A stretch of DNA of 41,933 nt from Melioribacter sp. (GTDB taxonomy: Bacteria; Bacteroidota; Ignavibacteria; Ignavibacteriales; Melioribacteraceae). The stretch is from the NCBI GenBank assembly GCA_018333725.1, contig JAGXSM010000094.1, positions 1-41,933 of the forward strand. Reading direction: 5' to 3'. Below, piece by piece: positions 9,101-16,820 of this stretch. The notes beneath the pieces are model-generated. The model searched no databases, was not told where the DNA came from, and saw nothing but the letters and a program-made list of their open reading frames with translations. Each line of letters starts with the position of its first letter. Position 1 is the first letter of the stretch. The translations under genes were made by a program, and so were the position numbers.

Positions 9101-10803
9101 GTAAATTCATCACTTGCAAAATCAACCTGTACAATAAATTGATTAGCTCCGGATAAAACATTTTGTATTGTTACTGTAATCTCAAAAGATTGATCGGGAT
9201 CGAGCTGAAGCAACGGAAGGTTCGGACGTGTAATCAGTTCCGATTCATCTCCCGTAAGATCAAAGTTGGCATCCCTAAATAAACTCAATCCGTAATTCTC
9301 TGCTCTGTTCCTCCCAAGGTTCTTAACTGTAATAGTCAGTTTTAAGTCTGTACCTACTTCTACATAAGATTTATTTCCTGTTATAGATACCACTGTAAGA
9401 TCAAAATCCTTTTGAGAAATTGAATTAACCTTGCCGGGTGTAGATTTATTTTTACTTACAGATGTCCCCCAATTAGTAGCCACAAGACTTGATGAAGAAA
9501 CCGATTTTCTCTCCAGCGATCTTCCGCCGGTGCTTCCGCCCCAGGACGGATTGTACTTGGTGCTATCAATTGTTCTTGAGTAGAGATCGCGCAACAATAC
9601 ATCATCGCCGCTATTGTTAAGAGACGGTAAGGATCGGATCAATAATTTCGATGTTATATTATGTATTGTGCTAATCGTCGATTCTTTACTTATAACAAGA
9701 TACTCTTTAGGCAATAGCGGATAATCGCTGCTCGAGATTACAACCGTCGCCGAGTTATCACCAATACGCCAGTTGCGTAAATTTATTGTCCGGTTAGAAG
9801 CATTATAAAGTTCTATCCACTCCGGTTCATCCCCTGTGGGTGCATACATTATTTCGTTTATTACTATTTCATTGTAAGTCGTTAACTTATCGGCAACCGT
9901 TATTTTTTTAATTATCTTATTGTTCGCGAGCTTCTCATCCGGAGTGTATGTTATCAATCCTATAAAATTGTAATCCCCGGGATTATTGGGGAAGAATGCT
10001 TTTGTAATTATAATAGAATCGCCAACGGGTAAAGTAGCGTAATTTGATGTGAAAATATTTTCCTGCTGTTGACCCGTTGAATCGGCATTAGCATCATAGA
10101 ATAATTCTATAACAAAATTGTTTGCAGCTACCCGTCCCAGATTTTTTACAACAAATGTTATAAACATTGAATCAAGTGCGGTTGGTATTGCCGGTAAAAA
10201 TTTTTCGAAGCGAATGCTCAAATCGTAATCGGTTGGCGATACAGAATTTTTTTTGCCCGGAGTTCCATTTAGAATAGTTGAGTTTGCCCAATTAGCTGCA
10301 GTATTATCTTTCGTAAGATTAATTTTTTCGTCCGAAATACCAGCGGCATTATCCGCAGAATAAGTATAAGTATCCACAGTTTGACCGGCAGCATTAATCA
10401 AATACACTTCCCGACTTGTTTCATTTGCCATTCCCGATGAACCGAAATTATTCCCGGTGGTTTTCATCACAACGGTTCCGGCTGGGATGAAATTTTTGTA
10501 AACCCCGTTTATCCAATCATAATTCCCCTGAATTATTACAGCAAACTTACCGGGACCAAGAAGTGTTCCTCCAGAAACGGTTGCAAGATTATTATTAGAA
10601 GAGGTGTAGTACTTGAATTTGTAGTTTGCAATGTCAATTGTTTCCGTTGCAGAGGTGTTGTATAACTCTACAAACTCCCCGTTAGTTTCCTGTGGACGAA
10701 ACATTATTTCGCTAAATGTTACAGGAGATGTTGCTTGTGCGGTTATTTCGGAGGAGAATAAAAATAGAAAACTACATAGGAAAAAAAATTTTGCCCTTTT
10801 CAT
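6133..10803 (-). CDS. giant secreted lamin-tail-domain (LTD) / CARDB-like repeat protein with a FlgD-Ig/T9SS-like C-terminal domain
   Basis: 1556-aa ORF with a signal peptide (FLFLFSSEITAQA). Six LTD signatures are present: SEIMFRPQETNGEFVELYN, 4x (I/V)NEIMY(A/N)P..(G/P)EPEWIE(L/I).N, and INEIMFDPSTGNSEFIEFFN. Each is followed by WGG..G.SLER and N/TPG..NS. CARDB-like spacers begin (Y/F)D(L/V). The C-terminus reads PNPFSPDNDGFEDFATINF...VRIKVFDSQGRLVRTV...GIYILLIEI. Confidence 0.85.
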   Translation of the reverse strand: MKRAKFFFLCSFLFLFSSEITAQATSPVTFSEIMFRPQETNGEFVELYNTSATETIDIANYKFKYYTSSNNNLATVSGGTLLGPGKFAVIIQGNYDWINGVYKNFIPAGTVVMKTTGNNFGSSGMANETSREVYLINAAGQTVDTYTYSADNAAGISDEKINLTKDNTAANWANSTILNGTPGKKNSVSPTDYDLSIRFEKFLPAIPTALDSMFITFVVKNLGRVAANNFVIELFYDANADSTGQQQENIFTSNYATLPVGDSIIITKAFFPNNPGDYNFIGLITYTPDEKLANNKIIKKITVADKLTTYNEIVINEIMYAPTGDEPEWIELYNASNRTINLRNWRIGDNSATVVISSSDYPLLPKEYLVISKESTISTIHNITSKLLIRSLPSLNNSGDDVLLRDLYSRTIDSTKYNPSWGGSTGGRSLERKSVSSSSLVATNWGTSVSKNKSTPGKVNSISQKDFDLTVVSITGNKSYVEVGTDLKLTITVKNLGRNRAENYGLSLFRDANFDLTGDESELITRPNLPLLQLDPDQSFEITVTIQNVLSGANQFIVQVDFASDEFTDNNIALFNINGVQLNEVRGDLVINEIMYAPTSPEPEWIEIFNKSNKTINLRKYQVADDATKATITTKDFLIQPEEYVVVARDTSIYSFYTNLSKVIIASLPSLNNSGDRVAISDSLNRTIDSLYYRSSWGGSSGKSLERIAAEKSSTDSTNWTTTKNARGTPGKINSWSKKNYDVVLLWSNVSPSKPLIGQKVKINILFWNPSKNTALFNCKLYEILNDGSKLFLKENRVEVFNLEDGAMFLSQMEYEIQSLTSKRTFEYFADYPLDEDTTNNRYRFSVIPGYPRNSVVVNEIMYNPTNGEPEWIELYNKSIYNVDLEEWSVTDILTTPVKTKLQPKGVTFPPNSFLVISKDGVINNFHRSIPSQLLINTFANLNNDADGVVIKDANGGTIDSVRYDKSWGGENGKSLERINLTGASNDRLNWGSSKDIELSTPGRINSLAPKDYDLTITGISIVPLYASFDEDVNIAAKVFNNGIKSADQFTVQFYFISGNDTSYFSQRNGSNLSSKDSVLILSSSKIKLDNPRRVYCKVLFDKDMDNLNNFYVADVNAGYKRNSVLVSEIMYNPLDGEPEWIEIVNNSGTQINLKDWKVADLVPSITKISISSVNKILQPGEYAVLTPDTNKFMFIPPKNFLQVKFGTLGNTSDGVAIYDFRGAVIDSFMYSSKWGGAKGFSLERVLLNAASTDSTNWTTSLNRYGATPGFQNSISFVPQYLKGDLIINEIMFDPSTGNSEFIEFFNTSSDSIQIGGMNLIYGSNKLIPLSRTWYKIPPRSYLIFASDSAIYNSYNYLKQPGNYLLFNSSLSLSNDGSMLVIKDARNTKLDSVYYSPKWHNKNLLTTKNRSIERLNPLLGSNDNTNWSSSVAQDGASPGKSNSIFTETIVTESKAVITPNPFSPDNDGFEDFATINFNLAQKLAQVRIKVFDSQGRLVRTVAHNRPSGPSNSVIFNGLDDSGRALRIGIYILLIEIVTDSGQNDLIKLPVVIARKL

Positions 10804-10923
10804 AAATTCACATTGAATGTTTTCAATGTTTTTTCAATTGCAAAATATGAATAAAGAAAACTTTGTGCACATAAATGTTTTAATTAATTTTAGATAATTA
10901 CTCATAACAACCTTGGTGAAATC

Positions 10924-13311
10924 ATGAAACGTTATAACTCGTTACTTATTCTTTTTATTGTCTTCACAATAAATCTTTTTTCTCAGACCGATCCCGTTTA
11001 TCAAAAAATTGTTGAGCTGGGTACAACCGATAACCGTGCAATGGTTCATCAGGATATTTTGTGTAACCGATTTGGCGGAAGATCGACCGGCTCGGATGCT
11101 TATACAAATTCTGCGCGCTGGGCATTGAATGAATTTCTATCGTGGGGACTTAAAGCCGAGCTCGATTTTGTTGCCGAAGAACCTGTTGGATTTAACCGTG
11201 GTCCGTGGTTCGGTAAAATGATTAAACCAAATGAAATGTATCTCGAATTCGGTACGCCGGGTTATACTGCCGGAACAAAAGGGAAACAAAAAGGTCATGT
11301 TGTAATTCTTCCTATAGATGAAACACAAATTGATTTACTGAAAGAAAAAATTAAAGGTGCGTGGGTTCTTGTTGATGGTGAAAATACAGGCTACCCCCGC
11401 GACCGCGATTCAATGAGCTCAACCACAAAAAAATTAATTACATATGGTGCTCTTGGTACAATTCAGCTTGCAAGAATTCCTTTCCGTTTATTCGATGTTA
11501 GAAATCTAAAATCCTGGAATGATCTTCCGACTTTACCGGATATTAAATTACTCGATAAACAATTCGATCAGATAAAATCAATGGTTGAAAAAGGCGAAGA
11601 AGTTATTCTTGAATTTGACATTCGTAATTTCTTCTACCAGGGACCGGTCAAGTATCACAACGTAATTGCCTGGCTGCCCGGAACAGAATTTCCGGATGAA
11701 TACGTAATTCTTGGTGCACACCTCGATTCATACGATCACGCCACCGGTGCTGTTGATAATGCCTCCGGTGTTTCAAGAATGATGGAAGCGATTCGACTGC
11801 TCGTTCATGCCGGCGCTAAACCGAAAAGGTCTATTATGGTTCAACTTTATGCTGCCGAGGAACGCGGGTTGATCGGTTCGAGAGCGTGGGTTGATAATAA
11901 TAAAGATAAACTTTCTAAGATTTCTATTATGCTCAATAATGATAGCGGGACAAATCCAGTTGTTGGAATGGGTGTTCCAAAAGTAATTTACGATTATGTA
12001 AAATCCGCAGTTGAACCAATCGAGAATCTTGAATTAAAATATAAATTCGCACTTCAGGAAACGGGATTAATCAGAAGAGCCGGTCGTGGCGGAACGGACA
12101 GTCATTCGTTTACAATGGCCGGAGTTCCTGCTCCATGGCTCAGAACTCAGGGTCCGCATCAATACGGAACAACGTGGCATACACTTTTAGATACCTACGA
12201 TCAAATTATTCCGGACGCACAGGAACATAGTGCACTTATATATGCTCTGCTTGCTTATCAAATTGCAAACTTAGATAATCTGGCGCCGCGTGAAGGCGCA
12301 TTTCTACCAGATGGAATTTATGCGGACTTAAACACGAACAAAGGCAGAATAGCGCTATCATTAGATTACGAAAACGTTCCTATGACAGTTGCCAACTTTG
12401 TAGGACTTACTGAAGGTAAAATCAAGAATGATGCTTTAAAAGAAGGGACACCATATTTCAATGGTAGTATCTGGCATCGTGTTGTTCCCGGTCATGTTAT
12501 TCAAGCCGGAATGCCGAATACAGGTAAGGAAACGGAAGGACCCGGTTATGAATTTCCAAATGAAATTTATACGAAGTTAACTCATAACAAAGCCGGAATG
12601 CTTGGTATGGCAAACTCCGGTCCGCATACAAATGGAAGTCAGTTCTATATTACGCTCGGCGACCGTTCTTATTTAGATGGTAATTATACTTTATTTGGAT
12701 GGGTTGCAGAAGGAATGGACGTTGTTAATAAAATTGTTCAAGGCGATACAATTAAGAGCGTTTCAATAACAAGAATCGGTGAGAAGGCAAATAAATTTAA
12801 TGTAACCGATGAATCTTTCCGCAAGATGGTTGAGGACGCCAAAGCTAAAGTTAAGCTTGAAGAAGAGAAAAGAGCTAAGGACGAACAGGCCGCAATTAAA
12901 AAAATATTACCGAAAGCTAAGACTACTAAAAGCGGAATTAAATACGAAGTAATTAAAGACGGCAAGGGCGATAAACCTAAAACAGGTTCTGTATTGAAAG
13001 TGCGTTATAATGGAACTGCTCTGCTAAAAGATTTTCCGTTTGTAAGTTCCGGGGAAGATGGAAAGCCCACTAATTATTTAGATATGCCCGAAACTTTTAA
13101 TTTCACGGTAGGAACAACAAAAATAAATCCCGGGCTTGATGAGATTTTGAGTGATATGAAAACGGGTGAAAAGAGAAAAGTGATTGTTCCATTTGCTCTT
13201 GCATACGGCAATAATGGTTTTTATGCAAAAATGGTAGACGGTAAAAAACGATTTATCATTCCTCCATTTACAAGTCTTGTTTATGAAGTTGAGTTATTGG
13301 AAATAAAATAA
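10924..13311 (+). CDS. secreted M28 aminopeptidase (with PA-like insert) fused to cyclophilin-type and FKBP-type peptidyl-prolyl isomerase domains
   Basis: 795-aa ORF with a signal peptide. M28 zinc-ligand contexts: GAHLDSYDHATGAVDNASGVS, AAEERGLIGS, NNDSG, DSHSF. Cyclophilin motifs: WHRVVPGHVIQAG, GMLGMANSGPHTNGSQFYITL, LFGWVAEGMDVVNKI. A K/E-rich linker follows. FKBP motifs: GIKYEVIKDGKG..LKVRYNG...INPGLDEILSDMKTGEKRKVIVPFALAYG. Confidence 0.85.
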   Translation: MKRYNSLLILFIVFTINLFSQTDPVYQKIVELGTTDNRAMVHQDILCNRFGGRSTGSDAYTNSARWALNEFLSWGLKAELDFVAEEPVGFNRGPWFGKMIKPNEMYLEFGTPGYTAGTKGKQKGHVVILPIDETQIDLLKEKIKGAWVLVDGENTGYPRDRDSMSSTTKKLITYGALGTIQLARIPFRLFDVRNLKSWNDLPTLPDIKLLDKQFDQIKSMVEKGEEVILEFDIRNFFYQGPVKYHNVIAWLPGTEFPDEYVILGAHLDSYDHATGAVDNASGVSRMMEAIRLLVHAGAKPKRSIMVQLYAAEERGLIGSRAWVDNNKDKLSKISIMLNNDSGTNPVVGMGVPKVIYDYVKSAVEPIENLELKYKFALQETGLIRRAGRGGTDSHSFTMAGVPAPWLRTQGPHQYGTTWHTLLDTYDQIIPDAQEHSALIYALLAYQIANLDNLAPREGAFLPDGIYADLNTNKGRIALSLDYENVPMTVANFVGLTEGKIKNDALKEGTPYFNGSIWHRVVPGHVIQAGMPNTGKETEGPGYEFPNEIYTKLTHNKAGMLGMANSGPHTNGSQFYITLGDRSYLDGNYTLFGWVAEGMDVVNKIVQGDTIKSVSITRIGEKANKFNVTDESFRKMVEDAKAKVKLEEEKRAKDEQAAIKKILPKAKTTKSGIKYEVIKDGKGDKPKTGSVLKVRYNGTALLKDFPFVSSGEDGKPTNYLDMPETFNFTVGTTKINPGLDEILSDMKTGEKRKVIVPFALAYGNNGFYAKMVDGKKRFIIPPFTSLVYEVELLEIK

Positions 13312-13319
13312 TTTATTGT

Positions 13320-13352
13320 GTAGCGTAAAGCAGAATGTCTGCTACTCTTTTT
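13320..13352 (+). terminator. putative intrinsic terminator after the M28-PPIase gene
   Basis: The stem AGCAGA(13329-13334)/TCTGCT(13338-13343) has a 3-nt loop. An alternative pairing is GTAGC/GCTAC. It is followed by TCTTTTT (13346-13352). Confidence 0.45.
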
Positions 13353-13514
13353 ATCAAAATAATTGAAAAGTATAATTTGTTTTGGTAGTTTATTTGTAAG
13401 TTAAAATTGAAAATGTGGCTTTTGATTGAACTTGATGCTTGATAAAACATCAAACAAAAGTATAGTTTGCGTTTGAAATTAATCAAAAAACCGTTTTAAA
13501 ATAGATAGGATTAT

Positions 13515-14645
13515 ATGGATCAACTTCATTTAAAATATAAAGATAGGATTAATTATGGAAGTTATTACACTCCCAAATGGGTTGTTGATTTTGTATACAA
13601 CTTATTGGGAAAAAATATCCAGAACATAAAGGAGTATTTTATTTTAGATACCTCTTGTGGGTATGGTAGTTTTCTGCGTGGTGATAATGGGATCGGGGCA
13701 GATATAGATGATAAAGCTATATTGGTGGCAAAGAAAAACTTTCCACAATTCACCTATTTCCACCATAATAGTCTATCAAATATATCAAGAGATCAATACA
13801 ATTTAAGCGATCAAGAAAAAATGATTGTTGTTGGAAACCCTCCATACAACGATACTACCTCAATAATTAGAAATAATATCAAGAAGAATATTTGCTCAAG
13901 AGATAATGATGTTATGTCGAGGGATCTTGGGATTTCCTTTTTACTATCTTACGACAAACTTCAAGCTGATTATGTATGTGTTTTACACCCATTATCTTAT
14001 CTAATAAAGAAAACTAACTTTGAAGGTCTTGGTAATTTTAAAAATAATTATCGATTGAAAGATTCTTTAATAATTAGCTCGGGGATTTTTACAGAAACTT
14101 CTAAATCAACTAACTTTCCAATTATAATTGCGCTTTACGAGAAATATTTATTTGGTATGGATTATGATTTTGTCTATAATTATGAATTTAAGACAGACGA
14201 CAATAAAGTTTTTTCATTAAATAGTTTTGACTATTTATCGCGCTATATAACAAAATACCCAAACCAGAAGTATGTCCGGCAAGAAGAAACTATTGCCTAT
14301 TTCTGGACAATGCGAGATATAAATGCATTAAAAAGATCAAGAACCTTTGTAGAAAAAGAATGTTATAATACAATTAGAATTACGAAAGACAAATTTGCAT
14401 ATTACTGTTATGCGGACATACTAAAGGAATATATTCCTCATATTCCTTATTATCTTGGTAATTGTGATCTAATGATTAATAATAATTTGTTTAATGAATT
14501 CAAAGATTTATTTATGATAAAATGTGTTCAAAAGTATCCTGATTTAAAAAAATATTTTTCTTTTAATAATGAATTACCAAAGGATTCCGATAGAATAATT
14601 GAAGAGTACTTTAAAAAACTATTAAGAGAGCATTATGTGGATTAA
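13515..14645 (+). CDS. type II N6-adenine DNA methyltransferase, gamma class (TaqI/Eco57I-like)
   Basis: 376-aa ORF. Motif order is YYTPKWVVDF (X-like), LDTSCGYGSFL (I), GADID (II), VVGNPPY (IV). An AGGA lies just upstream of the ATG. The gene sits in visibly AT-rich DNA. Confidence 0.8.
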   Translation: MDQLHLKYKDRINYGSYYTPKWVVDFVYNLLGKNIQNIKEYFILDTSCGYGSFLRGDNGIGADIDDKAILVAKKNFPQFTYFHHNSLSNISRDQYNLSDQEKMIVVGNPPYNDTTSIIRNNIKKNICSRDNDVMSRDLGISFLLSYDKLQADYVCVLHPLSYLIKKTNFEGLGNFKNNYRLKDSLIISSGIFTETSKSTNFPIIIALYEKYLFGMDYDFVYNYEFKTDDNKVFSLNSFDYLSRYITKYPNQKYVRQEETIAYFWTMRDINALKRSRTFVEKECYNTIRITKDKFAYYCYADILKEYIPHIPYYLGNCDLMINNNLFNEFKDLFMIKCVQKYPDLKKYFSFNNELPKDSDRIIEEYFKKLLREHYVD

Positions 14646-15397
14646 AAAAAGAGACGATAAGAACAAAACTTTAACCATTGCCATTCCTTTAACTAAAGGT
14701 ACTGATAAAACAAGAATTAAAAGGAGAAGTTTTTTTAATGAATACGGGCTCCCTGTCTCGACAAAAAAAGAAGTGTTTTCTTTAGACTGTTACATCGAAT
14801 AGCAAATAGGTTATGCTGTGGTAACAAATGATAAAGAAAAGCTCGAAAGGACCACCATAAAAGACAAAACTTTCATTGGCGCTAATGGTAAAGAAAAAAC
14901 TCTATACGAACTATCTGAATATATTTATTACTTTTATAAATGGGGAGTTATAAAAAAAAGAAGCACTCTTAGAAATAAAATCGTATTTAGTCGGCTTAAA
15001 CAATCATGACTTTTTAGATTCTAATTCTGAATTAACAATTGAAAGAAGTCACCCGATAGAAAAAAATATACTTGGAATAAATTATTACTTTACTCAAGTA
15101 AAATATCCTCTTCTAATTCATAAGTTCAAGCAGTATGAAATACTAACAGAAATAATCATTAAAGAGAAACAATATGCTGTTGGCGTTCAACCGATGTTGT
15201 ACTTTTGCTTTCCCATAACTGTGCTGAAATCGAGCAACACAATTATTGGAAGATGCGCTGAAACAAATGAAACCGCGGAGTTTATTATAGAGAAGAATAA
15301 CATTCAAATATTTTTAAAAATTCTTAAAATATTTGGGACGCTAAGTTTTAATCACAATAGCGATATTAGAACAATTATTGATAGAATATTAAGATAA
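14635..15397 (+). pseudogene. disrupted ~253-codon partner gene of the methyltransferase (candidate restriction endonuclease or effector), with an in-frame TAG plus an A8 frameshift
   Basis: The ATG at 14635 overlaps the MTase stop by 11 nt. The same frame is open over 14635-14799 and 14803-15009, interrupted only by TAG at 14800-14802. The next frame is open over 14954-15397, but its first start codon is at 15194. The frame switch coincides with the A8 run at 14952-14959. Confidence 0.5.
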
Positions 15398-15545
15398 TTT
15401 TACGAAATTCTTTTTTTGCAAAACGGGGAAAATATTTTCACTGACTTTTAAGTCCGATAAACTATCAGAAACCTCCTCTCGATTTTTACAGTAGAACTTC
15501 TCGGTTTATTTCTTTAAGATTCGGCTGAGAAATTGCGGGGATAAC

Positions 15546-16772
15546 ATGGAAAAGCTTAAACTAATTTTTTCGCTGTTACTTATTTTTATTGTCGGATGTG
15601 AATCATCTTCTCAATTCAACGATGAAATTCCGATGCGGGAGCTTACCCGGTTCGAAAAACAGCTTGTTGCTTCTGCCGATAACTTTGCTCTAAAAATATT
15701 TAAAAAAATTGCTGATGATGAACCAGGTAAAAATGTTTTTATTTCCCCTTTAAGTATTTCTATGGCACTTGGTATGACTCTTAACGGTGCCGAAGGAAAT
15801 ACATACGAAGCAATGCGCAATACACTTTCGCTTTCGGGTCTAACTCAGCAAGAGATTAACGAATCCTACCAGTCATTAATACAGCTGCTAACAAAGATCG
15901 ACAGCAAAGTAATTATGCAGATTGCAAATTCGATCTGGTATAGAAATACAATTCCAGTAAAACCCGACTTTATAGAAACCAACAAAAAATATTTTAACGC
16001 TGTCATCAACCCGATGAATTTCAACGACCCGGCAACTGTAAATACGATCAATAATTGGGTTAAGGAATCTACAAACGGAAAAATTGCTAAGATTGTTGAT
16101 AAGATTGATCCGCAAACAATTATGTATCTGATCAACGCCATCTATTTCAAAGGAACTTGGCAATATCAATTCGATAAGAATAAAACAATGGATGATCTTT
16201 TCAAAAAGGAATCGGATGATCAGGTTAAATGCAGAATGATGAATCTGGAAACTGACTTTTATGTCTCTTCGAACGATACATTTACAATGTTGGACCTTCC
16301 ATATGGTAAAGGAAATTTCAGCATGACGATCCTTTTACCTGCCAAGGATAAAAAAGTTAAAGATGTTGTAAGCTCTTTAACCGATGTTGTGTGGAAAAAC
16401 TCTATTAATAGTTTGAGTAAAACTAAAAAGCAGCTCTACATGCCAAAGTTTAAGATGGAGTATAAAATAAAACTTAACGAAACACTTAAAGTGCTCGGAA
16501 TGGAAATAGCGTTTGATCCTTACAATGCTAATTTCAAAAAAATATACGAAGGTGTGGGCAACGCTTACATAAGCGAAGTTGACCATAAAACATTTGTAGA
16601 TGTTAACGAAGAAGGAACCGAAGCCGCTGCTGTTACTTCTGTAACAATTGGTGTTACCTCTATTTTAGATAATATCATCAGACTCGATAGACCTTTTGTT
16701 TTTGTAATACGAGAGAAGGCAAGCAACTGTATTTTGTTTATTGGCAAGCTTGAGGATCCTTTGGTAGAATAA
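15546..16772 (+). CDS. serpin-family serine protease inhibitor, lipoprotein
   Basis: 408-aa ORF with a lipobox (IFIVGCES). Serpin blocks are present: NVFISPLSISMALGMTLNGAEGNT, INNWVKESTNGKI, LINAIYFKGTW. The hinge and reactive-centre loop read NEEGTEAAAVTSVTIGVTS, followed by RPFVFVIRE. Confidence 0.9.
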   Translation: MEKLKLIFSLLLIFIVGCESSSQFNDEIPMRELTRFEKQLVASADNFALKIFKKIADDEPGKNVFISPLSISMALGMTLNGAEGNTYEAMRNTLSLSGLTQQEINESYQSLIQLLTKIDSKVIMQIANSIWYRNTIPVKPDFIETNKKYFNAVINPMNFNDPATVNTINNWVKESTNGKIAKIVDKIDPQTIMYLINAIYFKGTWQYQFDKNKTMDDLFKKESDDQVKCRMMNLETDFYVSSNDTFTMLDLPYGKGNFSMTILLPAKDKKVKDVVSSLTDVVWKNSINSLSKTKKQLYMPKFKMEYKIKLNETLKVLGMEIAFDPYNANFKKIYEGVGNAYISEVDHKTFVDVNEEGTEAAAVTSVTIGVTSILDNIIRLDRPFVFVIREKASNCILFIGKLEDPLVE

Positions 16773-16820
16773 TTTTTTGTGTGCTCTAAAATAATTTAGT
16801 GAAAACCAATTTATGGAAAG

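Noticed and set aside
7379-9828. An exact 17-mer recurs at roughly 800-830-bp intervals, which could superficially suggest a repeat array or CRISPR-like periodicity.
   Set aside because: All copies lie in one continuous 1556-codon ORF and encode the conserved EPEWIE peptide of successive lamin-tail domains. The spacing is far too long for a CRISPR array, and the 'spacers' are coding sequence.
14818-15397. Track ORFs 14818-15009 and 15194-15397 treated as two independent small genes.
   Set aside because: The first is in frame with 14635-14799 across a single TAG. The second frame is open for 80 codons upstream of its first start codon. The junction sits on an A8 run. Fragments of one decayed gene is the more economical reading.
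13484-15440. A-rich / CCGTTTT-containing motifs at both edges of the AT-rich islet, considered as possible flanking repeats.
   Set aside because: The two segments are neither direct nor properly inverted repeats once orientation is checked. The similarity is low-complexity.
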